A DNA stretch of 64,000 nt from NCBI GenBank assembly GCA_964291285.2, contig OZ219785.1:768001-832000 (forward strand). The letters run 5' to 3'. The number at the start of each line of letters is the position of its first letter. Within the stretch, counting starts at the first letter, position 1. The translations under genes were made by a program, and so were the position numbers. Positions 57,400 to 64,000 of this stretch are shown here, piece after piece. Under the pieces are notes generated by a model. It made no database searches and was not told the origin of the DNA. It saw only the letters and a list, made by a program, of their open reading frames with translations. Origin of the DNA: Alphaproteobacteria bacterium. Lineage in GTDB: Bacteria; Pseudomonadota; Alphaproteobacteria; Bin95.

Positions 57400-59721
57400 A
57401 TGACACAGGATATTTCCCGGACCGGCGGTGCTGGCGACGACACCCTGACGGGTGGCCTCGGCAATGACATCCTGAAGGGCGGCCTTGGCGACGACATCCT
57501 GACAGGCGGCGACGGCGACGACACGCTGACGGGCGGAACCGCAAGCCCGGGAGCCGACGCGGACTTTCTCCTCATGAACCCCGGCAGTTCGGACGATGAC
57601 ACTCTGGACGGCGGCGCGGGCGATGACACGCTGGACGGCGGTGCTGGCCATGACACTCTGGACGGCGGCGCGGGCAACGACACGCTGTATGGCGGCGACG
57701 GGGACGACACGGTGGATGGCGGTGCGGGCAACGACCGTCTGGAAGGCGGCCGGGGCGCCGACAGGCTGACCGGCGGCCGGGGCGCGGACTCGCTCTATGG
57801 CGGCAGGGGCCATAGCGTCGACGTCTTTGCGTTCGCGGTCGGCGACGGGGCCGATTACATCGGCGATTTCGAGGCTGGCGACATCATCGAGATTGCCGGG
57901 GTGTCGGGCGGTTTCGGGGATCTTGTGATCGAGCAGAAGGGCTTCTATACCGTCATCCGCTACGGCGACGGCGACACGATCAAGCTGGAGGGCGTGACGG
58001 CGGCCTCCCTTGGCGCGGACGACTTCCGGTTCCTTCCCGTCGAGGCAGCCTCGCCGGAGGACGGCGGCGAGGACGCTCCTGCACAGGGTGCGCCGCCGGA
58101 CGGCAACGATGACGGCGACGATGATGCCTCGAGCGGCGGGCCTTCTGGCGGGGAGGTGCTGAAGGGTAGCAAGGACGCGGACACGCTCACCGGTGGTGAT
58201 GGCGCCGACACCCTGCGTGGCTACGGGGGCGCCGACACGCTGACCGGCGGGGCCGGCGACGACCTCCTCTATGGCGGCCTGGGTGCCGACACGCTGACCG
58301 GCGGGGCTGGCGACGATACGCTGGGGGGCGGCAAGGGCAACGACACGCTGGACGGCGGCGCGGGCGACGACACGCTGCGCGGCGCCAGGGGTGCCGACAC
58401 GCTGCGCGGCGGCGCGGGCGATGACACGCTGGGGGGCGGCAAGGGCGCCGACACCTTCGTGTTCGAGGCGGGAGACGGCGCCGACATCATTACCGACTTC
58501 GGGGCCGGCGACCGGATTCGCCTCGACGGCGTATCCGGCGGGTTCACGGCACTGGTCATCGAGCAGGACGGCGCCGATACCGTCATTCGCTACGGCGGCG
58601 GCGACACGATCAGGCTGTCGGGCGTATCGGCGGACAGTCTGGATGCGAACGACTTCATCCTGCCTGCTGGCGGCGGCGGCGACGATCACGAAAAGGCCGC
58701 TTACGGCGCCAGTACGAGCGACGACGACAACGACGGCGGCAACCCCCTCGACAACGACAACGACGGTGGTGACCCGAATGCCAACAACGGCGGCGGCGAG
58801 GACAGGATCCCGGGCACTTCGGGCGATGAGCCGCTCGACGTTGAGGACTGCGGCGAGACCATTCATGGCGGCGCGGGCGCCGAATCGCTCTTCGGTACCG
58901 CGTGCGACGACACGATCTACGGCAACGAGGGTGACGACAAGCTCTACGGTCGCAAAGGCGATGACATAATCTATGGCGGCGGGGGTAACGACCTCCTCCG
59001 CGGCAATTCGGGTGACGATGAGCTCTGGGGCGGCGATGGCAACGACACGCTGAGAGGTCGTGACGGTGACGACCTGCTGGAAGGCGGCAAAGGCTGGGAT
59101 TGGCTCTCGGGTGGTCTGGGCAATGACACGCTCCGGGGCGGGGAGGGCAACGACTATTTCGTTTTCGGAACGGAGGGCTACGCCAGCAAGTGGGGATTCA
59201 AGGATGGCGGCGACGACACGATCCTCGACTTCGAGGACGGGACGGACTACATCGTCCTCGGCTCGGTCGATGGGGAGTACCGCTTCGACGACCTTGAGAT
59301 CCGGCAGTCCGGCAGTGACGCCGTCATCACCTGGTCCCTGGGGACCATCACCCTGGAGGGGATCCAGGCGTCGCAACTGAGCAAGGCCGATGTCTTTGCC
59401 CACGTCCCGGTCGAATTATACGAGCCCCACTTGATACTCGACGACAGCATGGGCGACGACACGCTCCAGGGCCGCGCGGGCCTCAGCGACCGGTTCGGAT
59501 TCACGTATGGTGGCGACGACACGATCCTCGACTTCGATCACGGGAGGCTCGTGAGGGACCAAATCGCCTTCTATTCGGTCGACTCGGAGCTCGGCTTCGA
59601 CGACCTCGATATCCGGCAGACCGACAGCGGCGCCGTCATCACCTGGTGGTCGGGGACTGTCACCCTGGAGGGGGTCCAGGCGTCGCAACTGACCGAGGCC
59701 GATTTCGACTTCATCGGCTGA
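57400..59721 (+). CDS. Multi-block RTX/hemolysin-type Ca-binding protein
   Basis: Three GGxGxDxLx blocks each followed by a D.I.DF...IxQxGxD.VI domain; ends LTEADFDFIG. Confidence 0.9.
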   Translation: MTQDISRTGGAGDDTLTGGLGNDILKGGLGDDILTGGDGDDTLTGGTASPGADADFLLMNPGSSDDDTLDGGAGDDTLDGGAGHDTLDGGAGNDTLYGGDGDDTVDGGAGNDRLEGGRGADRLTGGRGADSLYGGRGHSVDVFAFAVGDGADYIGDFEAGDIIEIAGVSGGFGDLVIEQKGFYTVIRYGDGDTIKLEGVTAASLGADDFRFLPVEAASPEDGGEDAPAQGAPPDGNDDGDDDASSGGPSGGEVLKGSKDADTLTGGDGADTLRGYGGADTLTGGAGDDLLYGGLGADTLTGGAGDDTLGGGKGNDTLDGGAGDDTLRGARGADTLRGGAGDDTLGGGKGADTFVFEAGDGADIITDFGAGDRIRLDGVSGGFTALVIEQDGADTVIRYGGGDTIRLSGVSADSLDANDFILPAGGGGDDHEKAAYGASTSDDDNDGGNPLDNDNDGGDPNANNGGGEDRIPGTSGDEPLDVEDCGETIHGGAGAESLFGTACDDTIYGNEGDDKLYGRKGDDIIYGGGGNDLLRGNSGDDELWGGDGNDTLRGRDGDDLLEGGKGWDWLSGGLGNDTLRGGEGNDYFVFGTEGYASKWGFKDGGDDTILDFEDGTDYIVLGSVDGEYRFDDLEIRQSGSDAVITWSLGTITLEGIQASQLSKADVFAHVPVELYEPHLILDDSMGDDTLQGRAGLSDRFGFTYGGDDTILDFDHGRLVRDQIAFYSVDSELGFDDLDIRQTDSGAVITWWSGTVTLEGVQASQLTEADFDFIG

Positions 59722-59969
59722 CGCGCGGCGCCAGAGCCATGCGAGAAGCACCGCGCCGAGCGCCAGCCAGAGGGGACAGGAGCGTCGCGGCCCCGACGTG
59801 CGGGCGCCCGGCGGCTGACTGTGGCATGGATGCAACAGGTCGGTAAAATCGGCGTGGGGGTTGGTCCGGGAGGTTGTGCGGTGTCGTGCGGCCGGGTTAG
59901 AGGTTCCGCGCCATCGCAGCGGCGGGTGTATTCGGGTTGACTTCCGAGGCTTTATCACGGAGTAGAATG

Positions 59970-60032
59970 GCGCCTCGCGCCTCGCGCCTCGCGCCTCGCG
60001 CCTCGCGCCTCGCGCCTCGCGCCTCGCGCCTC
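59970..60032. repeat. Perfect heptamer tandem repeat (GCGCCTC) x9
   Basis: Counted directly; reverse complement of the unit at 33137. Confidence 0.97.
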
Positions 60033-60368
60033 TTCATGTCTTTCATATGCGGGCTTTTGGCGCCGGTCAGCCGGTTCGCCATCGGGAGAGCTTCTCCCGC
60101 CTGATTGTTGTCTTTCCCGCCTGTGCGTCCTCTGCGGAGGAGCGCCGGGCGCGTGCAGATGACAGGTTGCCGGGCAGCCCGCCGCGCTTGCGGCAGGCCC
60201 GCCTTGCGGGCGGCCCGGCTTTCCCCGGCACGCTTTCTGCCGCGGCCTTTCCGGGGCCGCGGCTTCACCTCCCGTCCCCGGTGACCTGCCGCCCCGTCGT
60301 GCGCCTTCTCCGGCGTGCGGCGGTCGACGGGCGCTGCGGACGGGCTTTCACCTGAAGGAGACGAGACG

Positions 60369-61472
60369 ATGACGACAACAAGACATGGCCCGGCATGGCC
60401 GGGGGACGGCAGGCTGCATGGCGGATGCCGAGCGCGGGGTTTCACGGGCAAGGTTCTTCTTGCGGCCTCGGGTCTTGCGCTTGCGGCGGGTCCTGCGTCT
60501 GCGGCGGAGATGCTGAGCGTGGGCGTCGGCGGCTACATGCAGCAGTGGTTCGGGATGGTCGATGTGGACGACTCGGCGGACGCGACGGTCGAGGGCGGCG
60601 TTGCCCAGCAGTCGGACAGCGAGATCTTCTTCAAGGGCAAGCTGGACGCCGACAACGGCATGACCTTCTCGGTGAAGGTGGAGCTCGAGGGCAACAGTTC
60701 GGGTTCGATGATCGACGAGTCGCAGCTGACGGTTGGCGGCGAGTTCGGCCAGATCACGCTGGGAGCCGAGGACAGCGCGGTGGTTCTCACCCACATGGGC
60801 GTGCGGGATGCCGGTTTCGGCATGGTCTGCGGCGACATGGGCAAATGGGTCAACGGCATCGACGAGTGCAGCGTGAAGGGCCTGGGGACTGCGGGCCACG
60901 GCCTCGGCGACAAGAACCTGGTGAGCTACTTCACGCCGCGGGTGAACGGCGCGCAGATGGGCGTGAGCTACATCCCGAACACCTCGCAGGAAGGCCGCAG
61001 CGCCGCGTTGAAGAACAACGACATGGACGCCTGGTCGGTCGGCGGCAACTACAAGGGCGATTTCGGCAACATGAACCTGGCGTTCTCTGCGGGCCACTAC
61101 CAGAAGAGCCAGATGGACGCCGACGACATGACCTACACGAATGCCGGCCTGCGGGTGGGCATGGGGGCGTTCAGCTTCGATGTCGCCTACGCCACGGCGG
61201 ACGACGGCATGAAGGCGGACGGTCCCGAGGATGTCGAGGTCGTGGCCGCCGGGGTGATGTATTCGGAGGGCGCGATGGCGGTGAGCCTGAGCGGCACGAT
61301 GACCGAGGCCGACGACGGCACGGAGCAGTCGGGCGGCCTGCTTTCGGCGGGCTACACGCTGGCGCCGGGCATTGCCTGGAGAAGCTCGCTGTTCATGGCC
61401 GAGAAGGACCGGGCGGACGGCAGCAATGTCGAGGGCACCGGTTTCGTGACCGGCATCACGCTCGGCTTCTGA
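60369..61472 (+). CDS. General porin, copy 2
   Basis: Paralogue of 31601-32785, 27 aa shorter. Confidence 0.85.
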   Translation: MTTTRHGPAWPGDGRLHGGCRARGFTGKVLLAASGLALAAGPASAAEMLSVGVGGYMQQWFGMVDVDDSADATVEGGVAQQSDSEIFFKGKLDADNGMTFSVKVELEGNSSGSMIDESQLTVGGEFGQITLGAEDSAVVLTHMGVRDAGFGMVCGDMGKWVNGIDECSVKGLGTAGHGLGDKNLVSYFTPRVNGAQMGVSYIPNTSQEGRSAALKNNDMDAWSVGGNYKGDFGNMNLAFSAGHYQKSQMDADDMTYTNAGLRVGMGAFSFDVAYATADDGMKADGPEDVEVVAAGVMYSEGAMAVSLSGTMTEADDGTEQSGGLLSAGYTLAPGIAWRSSLFMAEKDRADGSNVEGTGFVTGITLGF

Positions 61473-61549
61473 GCGGCGGTCGACGGCACACAGGAACGGT
61501 TCAAACGGTTTGCCCGGTTTGTCCGGGCTGAGAGAAGGAGAAGGGTTCG

Positions 61550-63264
61550 ATGAGAACCATGAGACATGTGGCTCTGGCGGCGATGGCCGCTGCGGGCCTG
61601 GCGCTCGCGGGCTGCGGAGGCGGCGGCGGGAAGAAGCCGTCCACGGCGATGGGCGGCGACCAGCAGATGGAGATGACGCCGGTCGAAAAGGCCAAGGCGG
61701 CCTACGACGCCGCTGCGGCAGCCGAAAAGGCGGCGGAGGATGCCGCGAAAACGGCCAAGATGAAGCGTGACGAGGCCAAGGAGAAGGACGCATATGACAT
61801 CTACACCACCGGCGGCGACAGCGGGGTAGTCGTGAACAACGCCGCGGCCGTGACAGCCGCGAAGGCGGCGGCCGAGAAGGCGCTGGCGGACGCCAAGGCG
61901 GCGCTGACGGCGGCCAGGAAGGCGCAGACGGACCTGAACGCCGTGTCGGGCACGCCCGGCCTCGCGGCGCAGAAGGAGGTGGTCGGTCAGCGGATCAAGG
62001 ACGTGGAAGCGCAGATCAAGCGCATCGAGGGGTATCTCAGAACGATCAACGGCTATGCCGGGAGGGTCGATACCGAGGCGAAGATCAAGAACCGCGCCGG
62101 CGAAACCCCCGCTGGGCCTGCCCGGGGCAACAACGCGAGGCGGGTTCTCGAGATGCTGCAGCCTTTCGATGCGTCGTCCCCCGGCGGCAGAAACAACAGG
62201 GCCAAGATCGAGGCCCGGTGGAACCGGAGGGCGAGCAATATCGAGGATCTCATTGGCAAGATACCGACGAAGCGCATTGCCCCTACTACCGCCACCGACA
62301 CAAGCCCTGGCCGCTCCAAGGCCTACCTCAAGTATGACCTGCGCGGCCTCCCGGAAGACGCCATGACCTGGGAGCAGATCGCCGGAGAGGGGAACCTGGT
62401 CAAGAAGGCTTTCGGCACCGACAACATGGATGTCGATGTCCTGCCCCTTGCCGGGATGCCCCTTTCCGTACTCACCAGCAGCGGTGGAACGGCCGTGACC
62501 AAGCTTCCCGACTTCACCGGCGGCAAGGCCGACGCCCAGTATTACATGGGGGTCAAGGGGACGCTGCATTGCCAGGGCAGCTGCACGGTTGACGAAGGCA
62601 AGCTGATGGGTTCGCTGTTTTTCCAGAAGGCCGGGGAAGAGGTCGCCGACAGCACGCTCTACTACCGGATGAAGCCGACCGACGCCCACTACACGCCGTA
62701 CGGAGCCTATGCCCGCTACGGGTACTGGCTGTATGAAACCGCCGACAGCATCGGGATCCGTCTCTTCGCCCACGCCCCCACCGCCGAGTACGGGGATATC
62801 ACCGAGAAGGCCGGGCTCGCCAAGACCGCCACCTACGATGGCGAGGCCTTTGGCCTGTCGGTGCTGAGACCTTCACCGCCGGCACGCACACGGGGCAGAA
62901 GTCGGGACAGTTCACGGCGGATGTGACGCTCAACGCGACGTTCATGGTTGGCGCCACCAGAGCCAAAGTGGGAGGAAAGATCGACAACTTCATGGGGAAT
63001 GCCGTTCACGAGGACTGGGTCGTTACGCTCCAGGAGACGGCGAGTAAATACGACGACTACATCTCCTTTGACAACGGCGTTGCCCAGGGTGCCGCCCTTT
63101 CCGGCGGCACCGCGCCTCAGGCCGGCGAGTGGAATGCTGAGTTCTATCACGATGGCAGCCCAGAGCGTCCGGTCGGTGCGATCGGCATGTTCAACGCCCA
63201 TTTCTCGAACGGGCACGCTGCCGGCGCCTTCGCAACGAGGATGAAGACGGAGACGGCGGAGTAG
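61550..63264 (+). pseudogene. TbpB-like surface lipoprotein, copy 2, with 1-nt frameshift near 62867
   Basis: LAG-C lipobox; alignment to copy 1 continues in another frame (TFTAGTHTGQKSGQFTADV). Confidence 0.78.
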
Positions 63265-63345
63265 CCTGCTCCCGGAACATCCGCGTTCCCGGGCCCCGGC
63301 CGCTTCGGGCGGGCGGAGGTTCCCTTTGCACGGACAGGGGTTTTC

Positions 63346-64000
63346 ATGCGCATACCCGCTCTCGTCATTGCCGCCGGGCTGTGCCTGTTCGCCGCCGCCG
63401 CCCACGGCCAGGACGCGACCGGCGAGCGGTTCCGGGCGGGCATGGAGGCGCTTGCCGCCGCGCAGGCCGCCGCGGACCGGAACGCCCGCGACGGGAAGCT
63501 CGACGAGGCGATTGCGGCGTTCCGGGCCATCCTGGTGGACCGCCCGGAACTGGTGCGGGTGCGTCTCGAACTCGCGCACGCCTTCTTCCTGAAGGAGGAG
63601 GACAGCCTGGCGCGGCGGCATTTCGAACAGGTGCTGGCCGGGACGCCGCCAGCGGCGGTGGCCGCCAACATCCGGCGCTTCCTCGACATCATGCGCGCGC
63701 GGCGGCGCTGGGAGGCGCATTTCGGCTTGGCGGTGGCGCCCGACAGCAACCTCAACGCCGCATCGGGGGAGCGCACGGTCTTTCTCGACACGCCGTTCGG
63801 GCGCCTGCCCTTCACCCTCGACGGCGACGTGTCGCGCAAGTCGGGCATCGGCGTCTCGCTGTGGGGCGGCGGCGAATACCAGGTTCCGTTGTCGCCGGCC
63901 CTGCGGCTGCGCGCCGGGGCGGACGCCAGCGCGCGGGAATACAAGGGCGGGGCGTTCGACCGCCATTCGCTCTCGGCCCATATCGGCCCGCGCCGGCTGA
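63346..64000 (+). CDS. Slam-family translocator, copy 2 (partial)
   Basis: MRIPALVIAAG start, near-identical to copy 1; no stop inside window. Confidence 0.85.
   Translation, partial: MRIPALVIAAGLCLFAAAAHGQDATGERFRAGMEALAAAQAAADRNARDGKLDEAIAAFRAILVDRPELVRVRLELAHAFFLKEEDSLARRHFEQVLAGTPPAAVAANIRRFLDIMRARRRWEAHFGLAVAPDSNLNAASGERTVFLDTPFGRLPFTLDGDVSRKSGIGVSLWGGGEYQVPLSPALRLRAGADASAREYKGGAFDRHSLSAHIGPRRL

Larger units (their letters stand above)
59809..64000 (+). repeat. Inverted second copy of the 28407-33423 cassette (runs off window)
   Basis: Leader, porin and Slam near-identical; lipoprotein mosaic. Confidence 0.9.

Noticed and set aside
29773-63264. Diversity-generating retroelement behind lipoprotein variation
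   Set aside because: No reverse transcriptase; differences are block indels rather than adenine-specific substitutions
1-64000. tRNA, rRNA or tRNA-type att site
   Set aside because: None recognised by eye; a covariance search was not possible

Overview
GC-rich window, probably alphaproteobacterial, from a conjugative element or genomic island. 1-15.5 kb is the distal part of an F-type conjugation region (pilin peptidase, traW, ssb, traU, trbC, traN, traF, traH, traG, traD, MobF relaxase traI). 15.5-28 kb holds IS debris, a P4-like integrase, a leading-region-like cluster (5x zinc-ribbon repeat protein, ssb, SLOG protein, long hairpins) and a tandem tyrosine-recombinase pair. 28-64 kb is a mosaic of surface-protein cargo: two inverted copies of a porin / TbpB-like lipoprotein / Slam-translocator cassette, each behind a GAGGCGC repeat of different length, plus RTX proteins and a large Fn3 autotransporter with a C11 tract. 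These are interleaved with two more recombinase pairs, a truncated second MobF relaxase, an IS1595 carrying a methyltransferase and an HNH nuclease, and MITEs. The best candidates for an undescribed system are the variable porin-lipoprotein-Slam cassette and the recurring two-integrase module. All calls come from motif reading by eye; no database searches were run.
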